DNA of 64,000 nucleotides from an uncultured Eubacteriales bacterium (GTDB lineage Bacteria > Bacillota > Clostridia > Oscillospirales > CAG-272): assembly GCA_949299535.1 (NCBI GenBank), contig CASGAQ010000004.1, positions 21,468-85,467 on the forward strand, given 5' to 3'. Positions 54,659 to 63,347 of this stretch are shown in pieces (position 1 is the first letter of the stretch; every line of letters starts with the position of its first letter). The notes under the pieces were generated by a model. The model had not been told where the DNA came from and ran no database searches. It saw only the letters and a program-made list of their open reading frames with translations. A program made the translations under genes and the position numbers.

Positions 54659-57559
54659 TTATATGATTATATTTATCTCATGAGTGCCGCTTTCGAGAAT
54701 AGGGAAGACATTGCCGCATTTTTGTCCGTCGAATGTATATTCCGTGCTTTCGCAAACGCGTGCAAAGCCTGCTTTTTTTGTGACGGTGATGTTATATACA
54801 GCGCCTTTTTGTATGGTGTATTTCAGCTCTTCGGCACTTTCAGGGAGTATGGGAGAAAGCTCTATGCCTTTTGATGTATAGGAAATACCGAGCATTTCGA
54901 AGATTGCGAGTGTGAGCCAGCTTGCCGTACCCGAGAGCATGGGACCTACGTTTTCGCCGGTGACGGAGTTTGTATACTGCGTGCAGAAACGAGGATTGCC
55001 CTTTGCGACGAACGGATTTTTCATTGTCTTATAGGGAAGAACGTTATCGAGGATACCGTAACCGAAACGAAGCAGTTCGGAGGCGAGTTTTTCGTCTTTG
55101 ACTTTTTTTGCCTGCTTGAGCGAGGCTACGGCAGCCATCATTGCCGCGTGTTTGAATACGCCGCCGTTTTCTCTGTCGCCGCGGAAGTAGAGTCCCGTTG
55201 CCGTTCCGGTTGCCACTTTTTCAAGGTCACACTGCGTACAAAGAACAGGGCCGTATTCGGTGGTGAGATGTTCTTTTATGGTTTCGAGCATTTTGCGTAT
55301 CTCGTCCTCAGTTGCCACGTCTGAGAGCAAGGACCATGAGAACGAGTTTAAGAAGTACGAACCGTCGGAGTTTTTGTCGGAGCTAAGTCCGTCGCCTTTT
55401 GCGCCGAGATATTTATATTCGCCATGATTTATGAGCGCACGCGCAAAGAAGTTTTCTTTCCATGAGTGCTTGCGAATGTTTTCTTCGAGTTCTGCACTGC
55501 GAGCGGAGAGATCTTTTGCGTATTCGTTCCTTCCGGTGGCTTCGGCAAGTTCTATGATATCGTCATAAGCTATTTTGAGAAGAAATGCGTTCATTACGCT
55601 CTCGCAGAAGCTGTTTTCGAATTTCGTTCCGTAGGGGGAGCCTGTTTCTTCGAGTTGTTTTTTATATAATTTTTCTTTTGTAGGACCGTCTATCCAGTCG
55701 TTGTCGAGCTTCAAAGCGTCATTCCAGTCCGCGCGGTCGATTATGGGAAGTCCATGAACGCCGACGGAGATCTTACCGCTGTAATCGACTGTGGCAATAA
55801 GCGTATCCCAAAGTTTTCTTGTTTCGCCGTTCGTTCCGGCAACGGGGAACTCGCAATCAAGGAATGCGAAGTCTTTTGTGAGGAATACATATCTGTGAAC
55901 TGCCTGTGAGAGCCAAAGCGCATCATCGGAGCAGAATCCGGGTTCTTTGCCGGAGAAGAAAAAGTTGTGGTTTGCGTATCCCATTTTATAGACGTTGGAT
56001 ACCCATTTTGAGAGGAGCGAGCGCGCAAGGTCGCTTTTTCCCATTGCCGCCATATAGTAAACGGAGGCGTAGACATCCTGTATCTCGCGAAATCCTATCT
56101 CGCGGAAGCTTTTTTGAGTCCATGCGAATGAACGTGAAACGAAAGATTGATAAAGCACCTGGAAAGGAAGATTGTTGTTTACATAAGAGTTGAAATAGAG
56201 GTCTTCGGTATTGACTTTGATGTAAGATGAGTATGTCTTGTAAAACTCTTTCATGTTCGAAAAAGCTTCGTCAAATGCATTGCCGCTCTCGTATTTTTCC
56301 GCAAAAGCGTAAAATCTTTCGTCAAAATCTTCGGAAACATCTCCTTTTCCGGAAACTATTCCGACATAGCAGTCTATTTTTTTGCGGCTTTTCGGCTCGA
56401 GTGTTATCGTTTTGCCGAGAGCGTAAAACGGAACGGTTTTTCTTGTGTGAGCGCTTGTGAGGAATGCGCCGCGTTCGGGGTGTTCGAGAGTACCCCTTCC
56501 GATAAAGTCGATATAATTTTCCGTATAATCGTCAAAAGAATCTCCGTCGCAGAAAAGTGTCGCGAAACGGCGTGTTTTTTTCAGATATGCGGGATTGGGA
56601 ACCGGGCATACTGCGATGGGAAGTCCGTCTTTTTTTGCAATGGCGCTTTCCCATGTGATGCTTGCATACAGTATATCATTCGTCATGGATTCCGGAGAGC
56701 AGAGTGCGAACATACCGGTAGTTACGACTTTTAACTTTCGGGGCTTTCCGCTGATATTGTGTATCTCTATCCTCTGCGCTTCTATTGCATCAGGCATACC
56801 TTCCTCGTAAGGGAGAATGAATATCGTTCGCTTGATTATAAGACCGCATTTTGTTTCGTATGTGATAACAGTGTGGTTCTGAGAATGTACGCAGAAAGCA
56901 TTCTCAACATTTTCGTCAGCGTTAGCCGAGTAAAAGATCTGTCTGCCGTCTTCGAAAATATAGAACTGTCTGTTCGCAGGGTCGCCGCTTTCTTCGGGAG
57001 TGAGAGTGAAGCGTGAGGCTGTCACGTTGACGTTGGCGGCAGAACGGAACGCGCCTCTGCCGAATGAGTCGAGTGAAGCTTTCGGCGTCGTGAGAAGCGG
57101 TTCTTGAGAGTCCACTCTGCAACCCAACAGAAGATTTACATCGAAATGGGTACCGACGCGCGGCATTTTAAGGTCTATGATATGCTCTCCGGCAGGATTC
57201 AGACTGCCTTTGGCGCAAATCATGTCTTCAAAGGCGGACACGATTATTTTTTTTATGTTTTCAGGAACTTCGTAGCTTGATTTTTCTGTTCTGAGCGAGA
57301 TATCGCTTCCTTCAAAGGAGAAAAGACAACAATCGTCAGGTATGCTGTCTGTGAAGCTGCAAAATTCCGGGAAGGAGAAAAGATGAAGGCATATCGGAGC
57401 CGGATATGTGAGTCCCATGAACGCAACGGCGCGCTTTTTGTCGGCGGAAAGAAATTCCGCGTCAATAATGCCGTCTTTTTCCGATATTCCCATGACTGAC
57501 CGTATTTTTTCTTCTGCGGTCAAATATTTATCTCTTGATTTTTCGTATGTATATCTCAT
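54659..57559 (-). CDS. GH94-type (cellobiose/chitobiose-phosphorylase superfamily) glycoside phosphorylase-like protein
   Basis: 966 aa with no signal peptide. N-terminal beta-sandwich region and a C-terminal (alpha/alpha)6-like region containing GGVFKHAAMMAAVA and SGTASWLTLAIFE segments. Subfamily and substrate are not assignable by eye. Confidence 0.5.
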   Translation of the reverse strand: MRYTYEKSRDKYLTAEEKIRSVMGISEKDGIIDAEFLSADKKRAVAFMGLTYPAPICLHLFSFPEFCSFTDSIPDDCCLFSFEGSDISLRTEKSSYEVPENIKKIIVSAFEDMICAKGSLNPAGEHIIDLKMPRVGTHFDVNLLLGCRVDSQEPLLTTPKASLDSFGRGAFRSAANVNVTASRFTLTPEESGDPANRQFYIFEDGRQIFYSANADENVENAFCVHSQNHTVITYETKCGLIIKRTIFILPYEEGMPDAIEAQRIEIHNISGKPRKLKVVTTGMFALCSPESMTNDILYASITWESAIAKKDGLPIAVCPVPNPAYLKKTRRFATLFCDGDSFDDYTENYIDFIGRGTLEHPERGAFLTSAHTRKTVPFYALGKTITLEPKSRKKIDCYVGIVSGKGDVSEDFDERFYAFAEKYESGNAFDEAFSNMKEFYKTYSSYIKVNTEDLYFNSYVNNNLPFQVLYQSFVSRSFAWTQKSFREIGFREIQDVYASVYYMAAMGKSDLARSLLSKWVSNVYKMGYANHNFFFSGKEPGFCSDDALWLSQAVHRYVFLTKDFAFLDCEFPVAGTNGETRKLWDTLIATVDYSGKISVGVHGLPIIDRADWNDALKLDNDWIDGPTKEKLYKKQLEETGSPYGTKFENSFCESVMNAFLLKIAYDDIIELAEATGRNEYAKDLSARSAELEENIRKHSWKENFFARALINHGEYKYLGAKGDGLSSDKNSDGSYFLNSFSWSLLSDVATEDEIRKMLETIKEHLTTEYGPVLCTQCDLEKVATGTATGLYFRGDRENGGVFKHAAMMAAVASLKQAKKVKDEKLASELLRFGYGILDNVLPYKTMKNPFVAKGNPRFCTQYTNSVTGENVGPMLSGTASWLTLAIFEMLGISYTSKGIELSPILPESAEELKYTIQKGAVYNITVTKKAGFARVCESTEYTFDGQKCGNVFPILESGTHEINIII

Positions 57560-57602
57560 GTCGATTCTTTATCCCTTTTATTATTTTTACTTTATGATAC
57601 AA

Positions 57603-58787
57603 TTAAAAAACGGGGTAATTTACTTTAAATTCTTCCGCTTCGGGGGATTGATAAAGGTGTATCTTGTTCTGTATCACACGCATCTCTTTTTTTGTCGGTA
57701 TTGCGTTGTAGAAAGAGAACACGCCTGTCGGCGGACATGTATAATCGCCGAGTCCCGCCATAAGCTTAACAGGACAATGGATCATGGAAGCTATGTTCGT
57801 CAGATCGTAGAAAGCAAGTCCGTCCGAATATTCCGGCGCGCATGAGCGAAGTCTGCCGACAGAGTTTGCATTAGTATCACAAAGCCAAGGAATATATATG
57901 TCGAGGAGTTTGACCTCAGGAACGAGGACGCTTGCCGCCGTTGCCTGGAATGCGCCTTGACTGCCTCCGTGAAGAATGAGTTCGCCGTTATAATTGGGCA
58001 GAGTCAAAAGAAATCTTGCTGCCTGAGCTGCGCGAATAGCCATATATTTGAAATAAGACTTATCGGGGTCTTCGTTCTGCTCTTTTGTGAGACCGTAATT
58101 TTTGAGTTTTGTCTGAGCAAGCTTTTTATAATATTCTTCCGGCCTTCCGTTTTCTATGCCGTGTGCGTTGATATAAAAGATTATGGCGTCCTGTTTGCAG
58201 CTTATCGGAGCAGGAACGACACCATACCCTTTATAAAATACATATGCAGGATATTTGCCCTCTTTTTTGGGAGCGGAAATATATCCCGAAACAGGCATGG
58301 ACCCCGCACATTTTATTTTTACGTCATATATATTGAAATCCGGGTATTCTTCTTTTTCGACTTCTTTGTATCCGATAGTTTCCGTATCTACCGAGTAAAG
58401 TTCCTTGCGGCAGTTCTCCCAGAATTCGCTGAATCTTTCGGGCTTCGGCGTGGAGGTGCGAAGTGTTTCTACCTCTGCTCCGGTACCGCCTTCAAAATCA
58501 TCGCAGTCGTCGAGTCTGTTGCCGTTTTCATCGAGCGCGCGGCATATCACATGTGCGAACCCGGGTTTGTTCATAACTGTTTCAAGTGTTATCGTGCCGT
58601 TTCTTCCATCAACAGTTCCTTCGATTTTTTCTTCAAAATCGCGTTCGATAGTATATGAGAATGTATGACAGCTTATCTTTTTGCCTTCCTCACGAAGTTC
58701 AAGATCATATATCATCTTTTCTCCTGTTTTGTATTCTATCGGATGATTGTTAGTCTTGCAGAAGAAATATTTCTTTCCCATTATCAT
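57603..58787 (-). CDS. acetyl-xylan-esterase/cephalosporin-C-deacetylase-like (CE7/AXE1) serine esterase with an N-terminal extra domain
   Basis: 394 aa. Nucleophile elbow HGGSQGA with a downstream Asp/His region (GLGDYTCPP...). The N-terminal ~110 aa are additional. Confidence 0.65.
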   Translation of the reverse strand: MIMGKKYFFCKTNNHPIEYKTGEKMIYDLELREEGKKISCHTFSYTIERDFEEKIEGTVDGRNGTITLETVMNKPGFAHVICRALDENGNRLDDCDDFEGGTGAEVETLRTSTPKPERFSEFWENCRKELYSVDTETIGYKEVEKEEYPDFNIYDVKIKCAGSMPVSGYISAPKKEGKYPAYVFYKGYGVVPAPISCKQDAIIFYINAHGIENGRPEEYYKKLAQTKLKNYGLTKEQNEDPDKSYFKYMAIRAAQAARFLLTLPNYNGELILHGGSQGAFQATAASVLVPEVKLLDIYIPWLCDTNANSVGRLRSCAPEYSDGLAFYDLTNIASMIHCPVKLMAGLGDYTCPPTGVFSFYNAIPTKKEMRVIQNKIHLYQSPEAEEFKVNYPVF

Positions 58788-59023
58788 GTTCCTTTAAAAA
58801 AAGATATCTCGTAAATAATTAAATTATGTAAGATATAAAAAAGTTTACACCAATTTTAACACATACCAGAAGATAAGGCAATATGCGCAGCGAATTTTTA
58901 AGACAAAAAAGAAGTTTTTCGATTTAATATAAGGAAAATAACAATGCGGCGCGGTAATATGCTGCGCCGCTGAAAATATTTTGTTTTTTTGTCTATTGTA
59001 ATTCTGAATATGTTTTGTCCGTA

Positions 59024-59968
59024 TCAATAGAATGTAGCTACGGGTTCTTCGGGCGCTTGAGTTTTTTCTACCGAGACAGCCGAAAGCACAGGTCCTTTTC
59101 TTCCGTAGATTTTATTGTATTTGATATTTATTTTTGCCGTCAGGATTATCCAATCGCCGTGGTTTGCCCGGAATTTTGAAGCGCCCTCAACTATCATTCC
59201 GGCGTACTTGATATCTTCAACGCAGCATGTCATTATTTCTCTGCCGAAAACGAAGCAATCCTTGGGGATATTTGGATTGGAAGCCACAAGACCGCGGAGC
59301 TTTACTGTTTTTCCGTCGTATTTGTCGAGTTCTTCGGAAACATCTCTGTACCAAATTGCAAAGTCTCTGTCTGCCACTTCTATTACAGGAGCATCGATAT
59401 CATATGGAAGGGGATCCTCTATATTGTCGTATTCCGCATCTCCGTTGGGGTATTCATATGCTATATCGCACATACGTGAAACGCCTCTCACTATCGTGTG
59501 ATAGGGCATTTTATCTGCGTTCGGATCGAAACGATTGAACACGACAAGGTCGGTATTGCTGAATTTATCAACTACGAGAGAGCGCATATTCGTATTGTAA
59601 TCGAAAAATGTTTCTGCGTCGCAGAAAGTCATTATCTGCGGTACTACCCAGCCGTCCGGAAGTGCGGCGAATAGATCGCCTATGAGCCACATTCCGTTGT
59701 ATTCGCACAGAACTCGTTCTGCGCTGTGTTTTCTTTGAAGAGCGGATAGTTTGTCGGGGTTGAGCTTTGCCTTGGCGGATATAAATTCGACAAAAATATT
59801 TTTTTCAGCCAAAGCAGATACGTCGTATTCTTCCACGCCTTCTTCGCATACGAGCAGAAGAGTGTTTGCAGCGTCGTCAAACTGTCCCTGAGCAACGGTA
59901 TCGTTTATAAATTTTGTTTTACCGCCCTCAAGAAAGCCGGTAAAAAGGTATACAGGAATTTCTTTCAT
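59024..59968 (-). CDS. G3E/CobW-like P-loop domain fused to a DUF1980-like C-terminal domain
   Basis: 314 aa. Walker-A-like TGFLEGGKTKF. The C-terminal ~110 aa (GKTVKLRGLV...FVFGREIMTCCVEDIKYAG...DWIILTAKI) resemble the TIGR03943/DUF1980 C-terminus from memory. It starts 4 nt after the COG0523 gene. Confidence 0.5.
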   Translation of the reverse strand: MKEIPVYLFTGFLEGGKTKFINDTVAQGQFDDAANTLLLVCEEGVEEYDVSALAEKNIFVEFISAKAKLNPDKLSALQRKHSAERVLCEYNGMWLIGDLFAALPDGWVVPQIMTFCDAETFFDYNTNMRSLVVDKFSNTDLVVFNRFDPNADKMPYHTIVRGVSRMCDIAYEYPNGDAEYDNIEDPLPYDIDAPVIEVADRDFAIWYRDVSEELDKYDGKTVKLRGLVASNPNIPKDCFVFGREIMTCCVEDIKYAGMIVEGASKFRANHGDWIILTAKINIKYNKIYGRKGPVLSAVSVEKTQAPEEPVATFY

Positions 59969-59972
59969 TTTT

Positions 59973-61049
59973 TCACGCTTTCAGCTTTACTCCGAAAAGT
60001 TCGGAAATAGCTTCATGATTTATTTTTGAGCCGATGACGCAGAGCTTTCCTATGACATCTGGGTCGCCTTCGCGCACGTCTGCTTCTCCGGGAACAAAAT
60101 CAAAGTAAATGAATCTGTCTGCGTCTGAAGCTATTATACCTTTTGCGCGAAGCACTTTACCGTATTTTTCGATATCGTTTAAAGCGGAGAGTTTTTCTTC
60201 TATTTCGGCTTTGGTGAATTTTTTTGTTGTTTCCGCACCGATGCTTTCGAATACTTCGTCGGCGTGGTGGTGATGGCATGAACATTCGGGATCGCTGCAC
60301 TCGCCATGCTCATGTTCGTGATGATGCTCGTTGTCGTGTTCGCACTCATGTTTGTGATGATGCTCGTGATCATGTTCGCACTCATGCTCATGATGATGTT
60401 CATGCTTGTGTTCACCGAACTGCATGGGAGAACGCGAGCCGTCGATCACTTCAAGTATCTTCTTTCCGTCCAGCATATCCCAAGGAGTCGTTACGATTAT
60501 TGCCTCGGCATTCTTTTCACGGAGCAATGCGATTATCTCATCGATCTTTTCTTCTGCCATGCCGGATGTACGGCTCAGTATGATGGCATTGGCGTTGGCT
60601 ATTTGATTATCGTAAAATTCTCCGAAGTTTTTCATATACATTTTGCATTTCGTCGCATCTGCAACTGTTGCCGCTCCGGATATTTTGACGTTGTCGCTTT
60701 CGACTTTTTCAACGGCGGCAATAACATCGGAAAGCTTGCCGACGCCGGAAGGCTCTATGAGTATTCTGTCCGGATTGAATTTTTCTATGACCTCGGTCAT
60801 GGCTTTGCCGAAGTCGCCTACGAGGCTGCAGCAGATACATCCGGAGTTCATCTCCGTTATCTCAACGCCGGCTTCCTGCAAAAAGCCTCCGTCTATGCCG
60901 ACCTTGCCGAACTCGTTTTCGATGAGTACGACTTTTTCGCCTTTGTAAGCCTCTTTAAGAAGTTTTTTTATGAGAGTGGTTTTTCCGGCACCCAAAAAAC
61001 CGGAAAATACATCTATTTTTGTCAATTTAATCATTCCTTTTTTACGCAT
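59973..61049 (-). CDS. COG0523 (CobW/YjiA/ZigA-type) metallochaperone GTPase with a His/Cys-rich insert
   Basis: 358 aa. GFLGAGKTTL Walker A, the CICC metal motif (GCICCSL), the ENEFG and IEPSGV motifs, and a ~50-aa HKHEHHHEHECEHD... stretch. Confidence 0.85.
   Translation of the reverse strand: MRKKGMIKLTKIDVFSGFLGAGKTTLIKKLLKEAYKGEKVVLIENEFGKVGIDGGFLQEAGVEITEMNSGCICCSLVGDFGKAMTEVIEKFNPDRILIEPSGVGKLSDVIAAVEKVESDNVKISGAATVADATKCKMYMKNFGEFYDNQIANANAIILSRTSGMAEEKIDEIIALLREKNAEAIIVTTPWDMLDGKKILEVIDGSRSPMQFGEHKHEHHHEHECEHDHEHHHKHECEHDNEHHHEHEHGECSDPECSCHHHHADEVFESIGAETTKKFTKAEIEEKLSALNDIEKYGKVLRAKGIIASDADRFIYFDFVPGEADVREGDPDVIGKLCVIGSKINHEAISELFGVKLKA
60304..60411. repeat. three tandem ~36-nt coding repeats (12-aa His-rich units)
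   Basis: The protein units are HEHHHEHECEHD / HEHHHKHECEHD / NEHHHEHEHGEC. The repetition is visible at nucleotide level (…GTTCGCACTCATG…GTGATGATG…). Confidence 0.7.
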
Positions 61050-61140
61050 AAGCGCTTTATTTTTTGCTATTACATTTTAGCACATATATCTTTAAAAATC
61101 AACGAATATAAAAATTTTACATTGCTTTCACATTTTTTTG

Positions 61141-61177
61141 AAAAAATAAGCGTCCGCTTTGTGCACGGACGCTTTTA
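61141..61177. terminator. bidirectional intrinsic terminator downstream of the cyclophilin gene
   Basis: AGCGTCCG-9 nt-CGGACGCT flanked by A6 and T4 runs. Confidence 0.6.
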
Positions 61178-61184
61178 AACCATG

Positions 61185-61817
61185 TCAGTCGATTACTTTT
61201 ATTGTTGTTATTGTGGGTTGATATTTTTCTTTAAGAAAGCCCATTGAAGAGCCGTAATAGTTGTCTTCAAAAGCTTCTTCGGTAATATCGTTGCATATTG
61301 CTTCTATTACATTCATGCCTGACGTTACCCAGCCGAAAGCTGCGTACTCTCCGTCGAGAGATTCCCAGTCTTCAAGCATTATAAAGAACTGGCTTGACGC
61401 GGAATCCGGCTCAGTAGTGCGTGCCATGGAAATTATACCTTTTTTGTGCAAAAGATCATTTTCTACGCCGTTTGAGGAAAATTCACCTTTTATAGATTCG
61501 CTGGCTTCGTCGCTCTGACCGCCCTGAAGCACGAAACCTGCCTGCATTCTTGTAAAAGTAAGACCGTCATAGTATCCGCTTGAGGCAAGATCGATGAAAT
61601 TTTTGACAGTTATAGGCGCTACGGTTTCATCGAGAGCAAGAGTTATCTTTCCGTATCCTTCAACTGTTATTTCAACATGATGAAGCACATGTTCGGTCGT
61701 ATCCACGGAAATTTCCGCGCTGAACGGCTCTGCTTCAATTTCCTTTTTTTCACCGCAGGAAAAAAGTGAGAGAGAGAGGAGCATCAAAGATAAAATAAGC
61801 GATATTGATTTTTTCAT
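61185..61817 (-). CDS. cyclophilin-type peptidyl-prolyl cis-trans isomerase lipoprotein
   Basis: 210 aa with lipobox LSLFSCGE. Cyclophilin motifs FTRMQAGFVLQGG, SMARTTEPDSASSQFFIM and AFGWV. Confidence 0.9.
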   Translation of the reverse strand: MKKSISLILSLMLLSLSLFSCGEKKEIEAEPFSAEISVDTTEHVLHHVEITVEGYGKITLALDETVAPITVKNFIDLASSGYYDGLTFTRMQAGFVLQGGQSDEASESIKGEFSSNGVENDLLHKKGIISMARTTEPDSASSQFFIMLEDWESLDGEYAAFGWVTSGMNVIEAICNDITEEAFEDNYYGSSMGFLKEKYQPTITTIKVID

Positions 61818-61820
61818 TTT

Positions 61821-63275
61821 TTATTTCTCCGTTCTTGTTATTTTTACTTTCATTTCGCTGCCCGGTTCATCGAGCACTTCGATGTTTAAGTTCCAGTTTT
61901 TGCTTACCCCTTCAGGGAAGTTGTTGAGCGAATAGGAGAGAGAAGCGGCACCGCAATAATTCTTGGAATCGAAAACCGCTGTTTTTGGGTCGTCGGATTT
62001 GTAAAAGAAAGGTATTGCCGTTTTTCCGTCGTCTGCATACAGAGGCCCGAATTTAACAAAATTGCCGTCATCGTCAAAAATCTTTTCCATTCCTTCGCGG
62101 GGACGTATCTGTATGCCAAGGTCGTGTCTTTGTCCGTTGGGACGGTTGGAAGAAACTGACTGTGCTCTTGTAAACCATTCGTTATTCACTTTATCGTCTA
62201 TATGCCAAACAATAATTCCACCCTTGGAGTCATCTTCCGTGAGGTATTTTTCAAAACCTTCTTTGAGGCGTATCTCGCAGAGGAAATATTCATCCGGATT
62301 CGGTGTGGGTATCTTCAATACATTGCCTTTGCCGGAGAGGGTGGAGTAGAGCGTGTATACGCCGTCCTCGTTTGCCTGAGACAGATTGGTCCAGCCGAAG
62401 AGCAGGCGCTGATACGGATCCATATATGTCGGAGAATTGCCTCCGTATACATGATTGCCGTTGCACATTAAGGAGAAGCGACGCGGAGTAGGCCATCTGC
62501 TTTCGGCGTCTTCTTTGGAGGTATAACGCGAATAGAGGTCTTGAGCGCCGAGGTTATGAGCAAGTTCATGTCCGGGGGTTCCTATTGTCATATACAGCTG
62601 ATCTGTCTTTCTGTGCTCACCCACATTTGAAAAGCATGTAAGGCGAACACGGTCATCTGTTTCAACGGTGATATGCTGGCTTGTGCCGTGTACCATGAAG
62701 CGGTGGCGGGGATCGGGTGCGTTTTCATAATCGGGCGCGTCGTAATTCGGGTCGCCTCTCTGGGAGGAATGGTCATAACCGGCGTTGAGAATGATGATTG
62801 CAAATTCGTCGGGTGTGATCCTGCCGTCTTTGTCGTGGTCGTATTTGTCGAAGTCGATGTACTTGTCACATGCCTTTGCTATGTTGTGGATAGCTTTGTG
62901 CGCGGCGCTTTGATTTGTATATCCTTCTAAATTGCGGAGCGCCGCAGGGTGCGGGAACGGCATAGCGAGACTTAAAACGCCGTCGCATTGATCGGGAGAA
63001 GCGGGATGATCGATCTTTGCCGGATAGAACCAGAATTTTCCGCCTGTCATTTCCTTGTAATAGTCGATGAGCGAATTGCCGTCTTCTTTAAAGAATGTGT
63101 CATAGTAATGCTGACGGGAAGATGAGGTCCACTGTTCTCCGTAATACGGACTGTTTTTGTCCGTCAGGAGTTCAGGATGGTTGGGATCGAAATGGTCGAT
63201 TCCCTCGCCGCTTGGGTCGAAGCTTGCCAGAACGATTAGCAGCGGAGCGGGAGAATCTCTTTTGATGGGTTTCAT
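61821..63275 (-). CDS. M6-like (immune inhibitor A-type) zinc metalloprotease domain protein
   Basis: 484 aa with an HELAHNLG (HExxH) site and an N-terminal LLIVLASF strand typical of the M6 domain. It also has an EF-hand-like loop DHDKDGRITPDEF. No obvious signal peptide. Confidence 0.65.
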   Translation of the reverse strand: MKPIKRDSPAPLLIVLASFDPSGEGIDHFDPNHPELLTDKNSPYYGEQWTSSSRQHYYDTFFKEDGNSLIDYYKEMTGGKFWFYPAKIDHPASPDQCDGVLSLAMPFPHPAALRNLEGYTNQSAAHKAIHNIAKACDKYIDFDKYDHDKDGRITPDEFAIIILNAGYDHSSQRGDPNYDAPDYENAPDPRHRFMVHGTSQHITVETDDRVRLTCFSNVGEHRKTDQLYMTIGTPGHELAHNLGAQDLYSRYTSKEDAESRWPTPRRFSLMCNGNHVYGGNSPTYMDPYQRLLFGWTNLSQANEDGVYTLYSTLSGKGNVLKIPTPNPDEYFLCEIRLKEGFEKYLTEDDSKGGIIVWHIDDKVNNEWFTRAQSVSSNRPNGQRHDLGIQIRPREGMEKIFDDDGNFVKFGPLYADDGKTAIPFFYKSDDPKTAVFDSKNYCGAASLSYSLNNFPEGVSKNWNLNIEVLDEPGSEMKVKITRTEK

Positions 63276-63347
63276 AAAAAATTTGCCTTTCTTTTGCTGT
63301 GCTTGGATTTTTATATATTAAATTGAAAAAATAAAAATGTGCGTTTG

